A DNA stretch of 49,879 nucleotides, taken from NCBI GenBank assembly GCA_038230775.1, contig JBBRMQ010000001.1, forward strand, positions 1-49,879, in the 5' to 3' direction. The position numbers and the translations under genes are program-made. Every line of letters starts with the position of its first letter. Within the stretch, counting starts at the first letter, position 1. This stretch comes from Thermoanaerobaculia bacterium. GTDB taxonomy: Bacteria > Acidobacteriota > Thermoanaerobaculia > Gp7-AA8. This document shows positions 1-7,766 of this stretch, one piece after another. The notes below the pieces were generated by a model that had not been told where the DNA came from, searched no databases, and was given only the letters and a program-made list of their open reading frames with translations.

Positions 1-471
1 CATCCCTGCCGGATCCGAATCTTCCAGAGCCAATTGAAGGTCCACGACTACGGAACGCCCCGCCGCGCCGGTTGGGCCGCCCGTGGCGACCGTCAGCGGC
101 GTTGTTACCTCAAACGGCTGGAAGAGCCCCGCTCCAGCTCGCCACTGCAGACGGGAAAGCGGTACGATCCTCCCCGAAGCGACGAGCGAGGAGCTCTTGG
201 AGACCAGTCGTAGAGTCCATCGGCCAGCACTGAACACCCGAAGCCTGAGCGCACCTGGAACGACGGCCGTCTGCCCCGGGGTCACATTGCCGAACCCCAC
301 AGGATCGGATTCGACCTCATAGGTGGCCTGGGTAAAGGGCTCGGGAGTGCGGACGGACCGCGCGCGACGCCCGGTCACGCCTTCGGCGAAACCGCTGGTG
401 GCGAAGGCGATAAACGCCAATGCGCCAGCGACACGAATAGCGTACTTGACAGGATTTAGCACTTTTTTCAC
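1..471 (-). CDS. hypothetical secreted protein (partial; C-terminus lies outside the window)
   Basis: The minus-strand frame is open from GTG at 471 to position 1, with no tta/cta/tca triplet in register. It is missing from the ORF track because it has no stop. The N-terminus MKKVLNPVKYAIRVAGALAFIAFATSGFA looks like a signal peptide, and the rest is beta-rich in G/T/V. Confidence 0.4.
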   Translation of the reverse strand, partial: MKKVLNPVKYAIRVAGALAFIAFATSGFAEGVTGRRARSVRTPEPFTQATYEVESDPVGFGNVTPGQTAVVPGALRLRVFSAGRWTLRLVSKSSSLVASGRIVPLSRLQWRAGAGLFQPFEVTTPLTVATGGPTGAAGRSVVVDLQLALEDSDPAGM

Positions 472-541
472 TGAAGCCGGGGCAGAGTCTAACGGATCTT
501 GCTAAGGTGAATTGTGACATAGCTCATCTGTTTTCGGTCAC

Positions 542-997
542 TTAAGGAAGCAGGCGCGAAACGCGGATTCGCACCGGCCATGCGTACCGGCCACTCTTCG
601 CCGCAGATTTCAAAGCCAGCCGGATCGACAGTGGCTCCGCTCGGAGCGAATGTTTCCGCGTGATGAAGCCACCACCAGGACCCACGGTCACAGTCGCTCC
701 CGCGAAGTCCGCCTGCGCTTCGGAAAACGGGGACGGTGCGATCTGGAAAATGAGCAGAAATCCCCTCTCGTCGTTGGTGCGGACGTCAAGGACAGACGTC
801 GTGACTTCGACGAAGCCTCGCTGAATCGCTTCGTCCGTGATCTCGATGGTCTCCGGCTGGCCCTCAACGCTCCATCGCAAAAACGGAACGACGGTTGCCG
901 ATACGCTGACCCCGCGTGACGTGGCGCTCGCACTTGTGACGAAGAGCGCTGCAATGACCAGCCATTGAGCCGTTCGGATGTGCACGCGCCGACACAC
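542..997 (-). CDS. hypothetical secreted protein
   Basis: 151-aa ORF with a signal-like N-terminus (WLVIAALFVTSASA). Its composition resembles small beta-sandwich or fimbrial-like proteins. It sits in tandem with the partial ORF at 1..471. Confidence 0.45.
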   Translation of the reverse strand: MCRRVHIRTAQWLVIAALFVTSASATSRGVSVSATVVPFLRWSVEGQPETIEITDEAIQRGFVEVTTSVLDVRTNDERGFLLIFQIAPSPFSEAQADFAGATVTVGPGGGFITRKHSLRAEPLSIRLALKSAAKSGRYAWPVRIRVSRLLP

Positions 998-1114
998 CGC
1001 ACGGCACCGGCCATGAGGCTGGGGTCCTGAAGCGCCAGTCAGTCCAGTGGGTTAGCCGAAACACGGCGCGTGACCGCCGCCCGAGAAGCAGACAGGCGTC
1101 CAGACTTGGAACGC

Positions 1115-2056
1115 TCAGTGCGCCTTCGTCTTCTTCACTTCCTCGGTCAACGCCGGCACGATCTGAAACAGGTCGCCCACGACGCCGAGGTCCGCGACGC
1201 GGAAGATCGGCGCTTCTGCATCCTTATTAATGGCGACGATGTGCTTCGACGACGTCATCCCGGCCAGATGCTGGATCGCACCCGAGATTCCGCACGCGAT
1301 GTAGAGGTTGGGGCTGACGACGCGTCCGGTTTGACCGACCTGATGCTGATGATCGATCCAGCCCGCGTCGACGACCGCCCGCGATGCGCCGACCGCACCG
1401 TTGATCGCATGCGCCAGATCGCGCACCACCGAGAAGTTCGCCGCTTCCTTGAGGCCGCGACCGCCGGACACGATGATGTCCGCTTCGGCAATCGACATCT
1501 CGCCCGCCTCCGGCGATTTCGTCTCGAGCAGTCTGGCCTTCGAATCGGAGGATGCAGTGATCTCCACGACTTCCGCCGCGCCACCACCCGCTTCCTCGAC
1601 TGGAAACGCATTCGGGCGCGTGGTGGCGATCGCGGGAGTCGAGCTGACCTCGACCGTAGCGAACGCTTTGCCCGAATACACCGGCCGCCGTGCGCGTAAC
1701 TTTCCGTCCGACATCTCGAGGCGATCGACATCGGACGCCACTCCGGCATTCAGACGCGCAGCGAGCCGCGGCGCGAGATCGCGTCCGTTTGAAGTCCCGC
1801 CAAAGAGGATGACGGCCGGCTTTGCCTGCTCGGCCGCCTTCTGCATCGCGGACGTGAAGGTTTCCGTGAGGTAGGCCCCCGCCGGCGCGACGAAAAGCCG
1901 CTTCGCGCCAAACTTTCCGGCCTCGGCAGCCACCGCCTTGTCGTTCGCAAACGCGACCACGTCGTCGCCAAGTTTCCGCGCGGCGGACAACGCTTCGAGC
2001 GACGTCTTGCGGATCCTGCCGTCCCTGGTTTCGAGAAATACGAGGATGGTCGCCAT
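1115..2056 (-). CDS. etfA: electron transfer flavoprotein subunit alpha
   Basis: 313 aa. It has the N-terminal ILVFLE..DG..K.SLEAL and the C-terminal FAD-binding motifs ([24 protein letters not shown]) typical of EtfA. Its start overlaps the etfB stop. Confidence 0.93.
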   Translation of the reverse strand: MATILVFLETRDGRIRKTSLEALSAARKLGDDVVAFANDKAVAAEAGKFGAKRLFVAPAGAYLTETFTSAMQKAAEQAKPAVILFGGTSNGRDLAPRLAARLNAGVASDVDRLEMSDGKLRARRPVYSGKAFATVEVSSTPAIATTRPNAFPVEEAGGGAAEVVEITASSDSKARLLETKSPEAGEMSIAEADIIVSGGRGLKEAANFSVVRDLAHAINGAVGASRAVVDAGWIDHQHQVGQTGRVVSPNLYIACGISGAIQHLAGMTSSKHIVAINKDAEAPIFRVADLGVVGDLFQIVPALTEEVKKTKAH

Positions 2057-2811
2057 CAGAGTGCCTTGGCCTCTTCGCGAATGTATTTGAGGATTTCCTT
2101 CGCTGCCGCTGCCGGATCGGAGCCGTCGATCTTGCGGCCCCCGCTCTTCTCCGGCGGAAGCTCGAGCTTCACGAACGTCACCGACGGCGTCGCAGCTTCG
2201 GCCGGCGTCTGCGTGTCGATCGCGATCTTCTTGGCCGCCATGATTCCCTTGAGCGACGCGTAACGCGGCTCGTTCATGCCTTTCTGAGCCGTAATCACCG
2301 CGGGCAGCGGTGCTTCGATCACTTCCTCGGCGCCTTCAATCTCTCGATGCGCAATCGCCTTGCCGTCCGCCACTTCCAGATGCGTAACCACATTCACCTG
2401 CGGATAGCCGAGGAGCTCCGCGACCATCGGACCGACGAGGGAGTTGTCCGTTCCGACGCCCTGCTTGCCGAAGAAAACCAGGTCGTGCGGCACATTCTTG
2501 ATCGATGCTGCGAGCGCTTTCGCGATGACCAGCGAATCGGGAGTGGCGTCTCCTTTGATGTGAATCGCCTTCGTTGCGCCGCGCGCAAGACACTCGCGGA
2601 GCGCCTGCTGAACGCGATCGGGTCCGAATGAGATGACGGTGACGTCCCCACCCTGCGCTTCCTTGAGGCGAATCGCGGCCTCGAGCGCGAGCTCGTCGTA
2701 GGGCGAAACGATGAACTTCAGCCCGGTTTCATCGATGTTCTTGCCGTCTCCGGCAATCTTGATCCGCGCCTCGGTGTCGGGCACCTGAGCGATGCAGACT
2801 ACGGAATTCAA
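2056..2811 (-). CDS. etfB: electron transfer flavoprotein subunit beta
   Basis: 251 aa. It has the typical EtfB N-terminus (VVCIAQVPDTEARIKI...NPYDELALEAAIRLKE) and lies immediately upstream of etfA with a 1-nt stop/start overlap. Confidence 0.93.
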   Translation of the reverse strand: MNSVVCIAQVPDTEARIKIAGDGKNIDETGLKFIVSPYDELALEAAIRLKEAQGGDVTVISFGPDRVQQALRECLARGATKAIHIKGDATPDSLVIAKALAASIKNVPHDLVFFGKQGVGTDNSLVGPMVAELLGYPQVNVVTHLEVADGKAIAHREIEGAEEVIEAPLPAVITAQKGMNEPRYASLKGIMAAKKIAIDTQTPAEAATPSVTFVKLELPPEKSGGRKIDGSDPAAAAKEILKYIREEAKAL

Positions 2812-2864
2812 AGGGGCCTCCCGATGAAAAATCGCGACATTCTACATGCGCCGCTGCGCGACGC

Positions 2865-2925
2865 GTTGACGGTTGACGGTTGACAGTTGACCCCGCCGAC
2901 ACCGTCCACACTCAACCGTCAACCC
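2865..2925. repeat. tandem GTTGACN heptamers (x4) with two inverted copies
   Basis: GTTGAC occurs at 2865, 2872, 2879 and 2886. The inverted TCAACCGTCAAC lies at 2913-2924. The array sits in the divergent etfB / Sm-like intergenic region. Confidence 0.8.
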
Positions 2926-3015
2926 GCGGCGCACCCGCGGGCCACAGGCACGCGCTCTGCAGAGGTCCCGCTCAAGAAAATTCCTGTCAGTCGAACGGTA
3001 AAACGGAGGATGCCA

Positions 3016-3348
3016 ATGCCATTTTCGAGTCGGCCGCGCGAGTGGGATCCCCAAACCAGCCCGAGCAAGATGTTCCGCACGGCCCTCGACTTCAAGCGAG
3101 CGCCCAAAAACAATGGCCGCTCGATGAGGCAGGCCCCGCCAGAGATCACGAACGCCGAGAATTTCTATTACGTGAAACAGATGCATGCGAAGACGCCGAT
3201 GGTCATCGTGATGAACGACGGCGAGACCATCCGCGGTTGCATCGAGTGGTACGACAAGGGTTGCCTGAAGGTGAATCGCGACGGCGCCCCCAACCTGCTG
3301 ATCAACAAGAACTGCATCAAGTACCTCTTCAAGCAGGACGAGGAGTAG
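3016..3348 (+). CDS. Sm-like (Hfq-related) RNA-binding protein with a disordered N-terminal extension
   Basis: The C-terminal 60 aa (TPMVIVMNDGETIRGCIEWYDKGCLKVNRDGAPNLLINKNCIKYLF) match the Sm1/Sm2 layout of Hfq (V.I.L.NG..L.G.I..FD.F...L ... YKHAI). GGAGG at 3005-3009 lies 6 nt before ATG 3016; ATG 3010 is an alternative start. The ORF-track start at 2887 lies inside the repeat array and is unlikely. Confidence 0.55.
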   Translation: MPFSSRPREWDPQTSPSKMFRTALDFKRAPKNNGRSMRQAPPEITNAENFYYVKQMHAKTPMVIVMNDGETIRGCIEWYDKGCLKVNRDGAPNLLINKNCIKYLFKQDEE

Positions 3349-3476
3349 TTGGGCGGTTGGGACGTTAGGCCGTTGGGTCGTGTGACGGCGTTCAGCAACT
3401 TTCCAACGTCCTGACAGGAATCGACTCGCCGCTCCGATGGAAAACCGTTGACGTCCGCACTTCCCAACTTCCCAAC
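3348..3476. repeat. tandem GTTGGGNN octamers (x4) with two inverted copies about 85 nt downstream
   Basis: GTTGGG/GTTAGG occurs at 3348, 3356, 3364 and 3372. CCCAAC (the reverse complement) occurs at 3463 and 3471. The element lies between the Sm-like gene stop and pdxA. Confidence 0.7.
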
Positions 3477-3497
3477 TTTCGTTTCATACTCCCGCGC

Positions 3498-4394
3498 GTG
3501 AAGCCGCTCGCGATCACCCTCGGCGACCCCGCCGGTATCGGCGCCGAGGTGGTGTTCAAGGCGATCGAGACGATGGACGTGCCGGTCCGCGTCTTCGGCA
3601 GCCGCGCGTACAGCAATCCGCCGGGCGGCCTCGAGTTCGTCGATGTCGGCGGATCAGGCGCGATTCACTACGGCGAGATCTCTCCGGATTACGGCCGCAT
3701 CGCGCTTGCGTCGCTCGACGCCGCGCTGTCGGCGATCGAAAGCGGCGAGTGTTCGGCGCTCGTGACCGCCCCGATTCACAAACAATCGATCGCCGCGGCG
3801 GGAGCGCACTTTCCCGGTCACACGGAACTGCTCGCCGATCGCGCCGGCCTGACCCGCTACGCACACCAGTACGCGATGTACTTCGATTCGCCGCGATTGC
3901 GCGCGGTGCTTCTCTCGGTTCACCTGCCGCTTCGTGATGCCATCGCGCAGATTGCCGCCGAAGACATCGCGGCTCTGGCTCGATTGACCTCGCGCGAGTT
4001 TGCACGCATCTACGGACGCGCGCCCAGCATCGCTGTCGCCGGACTGAATCCGCACGCCGGCGAAGGTGGACAGTTCGGCGATGAGGAGGTCGAGATCCGT
4101 CGCGGCATCGAGCTATGCACCGGCCTCGATGTCACCGGACCGCATTCCGCCGATACAATTTTTCGACGAAAATACGACGTGGTGATGGCGATGTACCACG
4201 ACCAGGCATTGATCACCATCAAGACGCTCGCATTCGAGGAATCGGTGAACGTGACGCTCGGCCTTCCCTACCTCCGCGTTTCCGTCGATCACGGCACAGC
4301 GTTCGACATCGCGGGCAAAGGCATCGCGGACGCCGCTCCCATGCGTTACGCGATCGAGTGGGCGGTACGCCACGCGGAGAAGTTCAGCCGATGA
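3498..4394 (+). CDS. pdxA: 4-hydroxythreonine-4-phosphate dehydrogenase PdxA
   Basis: 298 aa with PdxA signatures: ITLGDPAGIG, TAPIHK, FPGHTE, GLNPHAGEGG, MYHDQ, and VSVDHGTAFDIAGKG. The start is GTG. Confidence 0.9.
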   Translation: MKPLAITLGDPAGIGAEVVFKAIETMDVPVRVFGSRAYSNPPGGLEFVDVGGSGAIHYGEISPDYGRIALASLDAALSAIESGECSALVTAPIHKQSIAAAGAHFPGHTELLADRAGLTRYAHQYAMYFDSPRLRAVLLSVHLPLRDAIAQIAAEDIAALARLTSREFARIYGRAPSIAVAGLNPHAGEGGQFGDEEVEIRRGIELCTGLDVTGPHSADTIFRRKYDVVMAMYHDQALITIKTLAFEESVNVTLGLPYLRVSVDHGTAFDIAGKGIADAAPMRYAIEWAVRHAEKFSR

Positions 4395-4522
4395 ACCGCT
4401 GGTCCATCCGCATCCTCGGCATCTTTCTGATCATCGCGTTCCTGCTGCTGATGGCGAACCTGCAGAAGCAACTGGTCATGATTCAGCGGCAGCGGCCGGC
4501 CACGACAACGACCACGCGTTGA
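4391..4522 (+). CDS. small hypothetical membrane protein (43 aa)
   Basis: Its ATG overlaps the pdxA stop (ATGA) and its own stop overlaps the TTG start of the next gene. It has a single hydrophobic helix (ILGIFLIIAFLLLMA). There is no homology evidence. Confidence 0.3.
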   Translation: MNRWSIRILGIFLIIAFLLLMANLQKQLVMIQRQRPATTTTTR

Positions 4523-5385
4523 AGAAGCACTGGATCGCGATCGTCATCCTCTTTCTCGTCGCCACAGCGTGGGGAGCGACGTTCACGCTCATCAAGTCCA
4601 TCCTCGCGCAGATCGCGCCCGAGCCCTTCATCTTCTGGCGGTTCACGATCGCCGGCATCGTGCTCATGATCGGCGCCATTGCGACCCGCCGTCTCCGTCG
4701 CCAGTCCTTGTGGCCGGGAGCGCTCCTCGGCTTCCTGGTGTTCGCGGGGTACTGGGCGCAGACGCACGGCCTGCTCACGATCAGTCCCTCGCGCTCCGCG
4801 CTGCTCACCGGCGTGTACGTGGTGATGGTTCCCTTCGCCGATCGGGTCTTGTACCGCGCGCGCATCGCGCTGTCGGCGTGGATCGGATCCGTGCTCGCGG
4901 TGGCGGGAACGTCGTTGCTGATCGGCGGTTTTCAGTCGCGGCCGCAATTCGGTGACGTGCTCACGCTCTTTTGCGCCGTTTGTTTTGCGCTGCACGTCGT
5001 GCTCTCGGCAAAGTACAGCGCGAGCATCTCCGCGCTGGGTCTCGCTGCCGTGCAGATTCTTTGCGTCGGGTTGTTTGCCGCGGTTCCGGCCGCGTTGGCG
5101 AAGAGGCCTCAGCCGACACGTCTGGTGGTCGGCGTGGTTCTCTTCACCGCCATCGTGACGACGGCGATCGCCTTCGTCGGTTTGATGTGGAGTCAGGCCC
5201 GCGTGACGGCGACCGAGGCGGCGGTGATGCTGGCGTTCGAGCCGGTGGCGGCGTCGTTCACGTCGGTCGTTTTCTACGGCGAGCCGGTGACGATCGCGTT
5301 CATCGCCGGCGCCGCTCTCATTCTGGCGGCAATGGTCCTGTCGCAACTGCCGGAGAGCCCGCGCCGCGATCCGATCGCGATGTGA
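4519..5385 (+). CDS. DMT superfamily (EamA-like) permease
   Basis: 288 aa with about 10 predicted TM helices. The N-terminus is typical of EamA proteins (AIVILFLVATAWGATFTLIK). The two-half repeat architecture also fits. Confidence 0.85.
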   Translation: MKKHWIAIVILFLVATAWGATFTLIKSILAQIAPEPFIFWRFTIAGIVLMIGAIATRRLRRQSLWPGALLGFLVFAGYWAQTHGLLTISPSRSALLTGVYVVMVPFADRVLYRARIALSAWIGSVLAVAGTSLLIGGFQSRPQFGDVLTLFCAVCFALHVVLSAKYSASISALGLAAVQILCVGLFAAVPAALAKRPQPTRLVVGVVLFTAIVTTAIAFVGLMWSQARVTATEAAVMLAFEPVAASFTSVVFYGEPVTIAFIAGAALILAAMVLSQLPESPRRDPIAM

Positions 5386-6517
5386 TCTCGTCCGCGATCT
5401 CGATGATCTCTGCGCGGATCGCGCTGACATCGAGGCGTCGCATCATCAGACCTTCGATCGTTTCACTCACCAGCAGCGCGCAATATCCGAGGAGCGGAAG
5501 GATGACGATCATGTACGCGCGCGTGAATGCGGCGATGAGAATCCACATCAGCGGATAGAACGCGATGCCGGCGAGAAACTTCACGGTCGCCGCCATCTCG
5601 CGATCCGAGCGGCGCGCGATGAGACTGATGAGCCGGTAGACGGGCCAGTGAATCAACGCGCCGGCGATTCCGAATGGCAGCAGGAGCACATGCGCCGCGC
5701 GCACCCCCGCGGTTCGCGGCGGCGGATCGATCTTCGCGATCGCCACCGCAAGCCGAGCCACTCTTGCCGGGTCGCGCTCGCACAGATACGTGTAGCCGTC
5801 GACGAATCGCTTTCGTAGCGCGAGCTCCTGCGCCAGGCTCACGTTCCGGCCCGCGGAGAAGATCCGCTCGGCGCGGTCGATCAGTTCGAGCGCCTCGTGT
5901 GAGTCCGCCTGCAGCGTGACGTCCGCGATTGCCCGCTCGATCTCATCGGTGAGCGGATTCACGAGCTCTGGCGGGGGTTCCCCTTCGCCATGCGCCTCCA
6001 CGATGATTGGCGGCCCGAACAACACGAGCGCCGAGCTGCGGAACGTCTGCTTCGATGTGTAGTACAGACCGGTAGGCACCACCAGCACTCGAATCGCGGC
6101 GCCTAACGCGATCCGCGAGACGCCGGTCTTCATCTCGCGCATCTTCGGATCGCTATGCGTCGTTCCTTCTGGAAAGATGGCGACGGCGCCTCCGTTCGCG
6201 AGGATCTCGCGCGCGCGGGCGAAGGTCTCGCGATTCGACTCCGTCGACACGTTGTCCTGCTTGCGATAGACCGGAATCGTATCGAGGGCGCGGGCGACCC
6301 AGCCGATGATCGGCATCCTCAGCAGCGGTGCCTTGGCCAGAAACGAAACGCGGCGCGGCGCGAAGCAGAGCAGGAACAGCGGATCGATGAGTGCGTTCGG
6401 ATGATTGACGGCGAAGATCACGGGCGCGTCGCGCGGGACGTCGCCGACGATCTCGATCCGGCGGAAGAAAATCTTCGCCAGCGCGCGCAGCAGCGCGGTG
6501 ATCAGTCGGCGCGCCAC
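5318..6517 (-). CDS. PlsC-family (lysophospholipid) acyltransferase with C-terminal membrane domain
   Basis: It has the H(X4)D acyltransferase motif NHPNALID and FPEGTTH block III. I place the start at GTG 6517 (VARRLITALL...). The upstream 111 codons of the track ORF overlap the MFS gene and are Arg/Gly-rich junk. Confidence 0.78.
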   Translation of the reverse strand: MARRLITALLRALAKIFFRRIEIVGDVPRDAPVIFAVNHPNALIDPLFLLCFAPRRVSFLAKAPLLRMPIIGWVARALDTIPVYRKQDNVSTESNRETFARAREILANGGAVAIFPEGTTHSDPKMREMKTGVSRIALGAAIRVLVVPTGLYYTSKQTFRSSALVLFGPPIIVEAHGEGEPPPELVNPLTDEIERAIADVTLQADSHEALELIDRAERIFSAGRNVSLAQELALRKRFVDGYTYLCERDPARVARLAVAIAKIDPPPRTAGVRAAHVLLLPFGIAGALIHWPVYRLISLIARRSDREMAATVKFLAGIAFYPLMWILIAAFTRAYMIVILPLLGYCALLVSETIEGLMMRRLDVSAIRAEIIEIADEITSRSDRGAGSPAVATGPLPPE

Positions 6518-7719
6518 GCGGCCACCGTCCAGATTACGCCCGCGACCAGAATCGCCGCCGGCACCACGAGAATGCCGCGCGCCAGCGAGCTCGTATCCGA
6601 AATCGCGCCGATGAGTGGCGGCGACGGGATGTCGCCCAGGACGTGAATGATGAGCACGGACAGGCCGACGGCGCTCGCGCGCTCCACCGGCGCCACGGCG
6701 TTGATGATGGCGGAGTTCACGGGTCCGGTGGACGTGAAGATGAAGATCTCCGCGATCACGATCGCCGGCAGATACACCGCCTTCCGCGGATCGGACAGAC
6801 AGATGTACGTCGCCGGCGCGGCGATCAGCGTCGCGATTCCCGAGACCCACAGATACGACTGCTTCGTTCGTTTCAGGAAAAGGTCGCCGAGCCAGCCGCC
6901 GAGGAACGTGCCGGTGAAGCCGGTGATGAGCGTGATGACGCCGAACGTCACCGTCGCATCATGACGGCTCATGCCGCGCACCCGCTCCAGGAACGCCGGC
7001 ATCCAGAACGCCAGCCCGCCTAACGCGAACGTATACGCCGCATAGCCGAGGACCGTCAGCAGATACGGTCGATTGCGCAGCAGGTGAAGGTATGTTTCCT
7101 TCGCGCTTCGTCCCTCCATCGAGGCTCCGGCATCGTGTTGCCCGCGCGGCGGATCCTTCACCTTCAGCACGAGCAGCGACAGAAGAACGCCGGGAGCACC
7201 GGCAATCCAGAACGCCGCACGCCAGCCAAAGTGCTGATCGACGATTCCGCCTAACACGTATCCCGCCGCCGATCCGAGCGGAATGGCGGCGAAGAACACC
7301 GCCAGCACCCGTCCCCGTGTCTCGTATGGAAAGGCATCGGCGAGCAGCGCCGGTGCGATGGTTCCGTACGCGGCCTCGCCCACGCCGACACCCGATCGCG
7401 CAATGAACAGCGACGTGAATCCGCGCGCGAACCCTGCCAGTGACGTCGCCAGGCTCCAGAGGAAGACGCCGAGGGCAATGAGTGGAGGGCGGGACCGGCG
7501 GTCCCCTAACGTTCCGAACAGCGGCGACGTCAGAGTGTAGACAATGATGAAGCCCGTCCCCACCAGACCGAGTTGCGTGTCGGAAAGATGCAGCTCCGAG
7601 CGCTTGATCGACTCGACCACCGCCGCCACGATCCAGCGGTCGAGATAATTGAACATGTTGATGAGCGTGAGGATCAGGAGGGCGTAGGTTGCGGCGCGGT
7701 CGCGCTTTTCGAAACTCAC
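6502..7719 (-). CDS. MFS transporter (Spinster-like)
   Basis: 405 aa with 12 TM-like segments. It carries MFS signature loops (GTLGDRRSRPPL, ARSGVGVGEAAY). Confidence 0.88.
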   Translation of the reverse strand: MSFEKRDRAATYALLILTLINMFNYLDRWIVAAVVESIKRSELHLSDTQLGLVGTGFIIVYTLTSPLFGTLGDRRSRPPLIALGVFLWSLATSLAGFARGFTSLFIARSGVGVGEAAYGTIAPALLADAFPYETRGRVLAVFFAAIPLGSAAGYVLGGIVDQHFGWRAAFWIAGAPGVLLSLLVLKVKDPPRGQHDAGASMEGRSAKETYLHLLRNRPYLLTVLGYAAYTFALGGLAFWMPAFLERVRGMSRHDATVTFGVITLITGFTGTFLGGWLGDLFLKRTKQSYLWVSGIATLIAAPATYICLSDPRKAVYLPAIVIAEIFIFTSTGPVNSAIINAVAPVERASAVGLSVLIIHVLGDIPSPPLIGAISDTSSLARGILVVPAAILVAGVIWTVAAWRAD

Positions 7720-7766
7720 GTGTTACACGATCGTAATCACACAGCCGCTATCATGGAAGTCATCGC

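Noticed and set aside
5318-6850. Long N-terminal extensions of track ORFs: 5318..6850, 30078..31766, 31385..34135, 39269..40993, 37148..37972, 35548..36345, 20526.., 24438..26045 and 2887..3348.
   Set aside because: The upstream portions overlap neighbouring genes or repeat elements and are Arg-rich junk. Internal starts give proper signal peptides or TM helices, SD sequences, or ATGA/TGATG coupling with the preceding stop.
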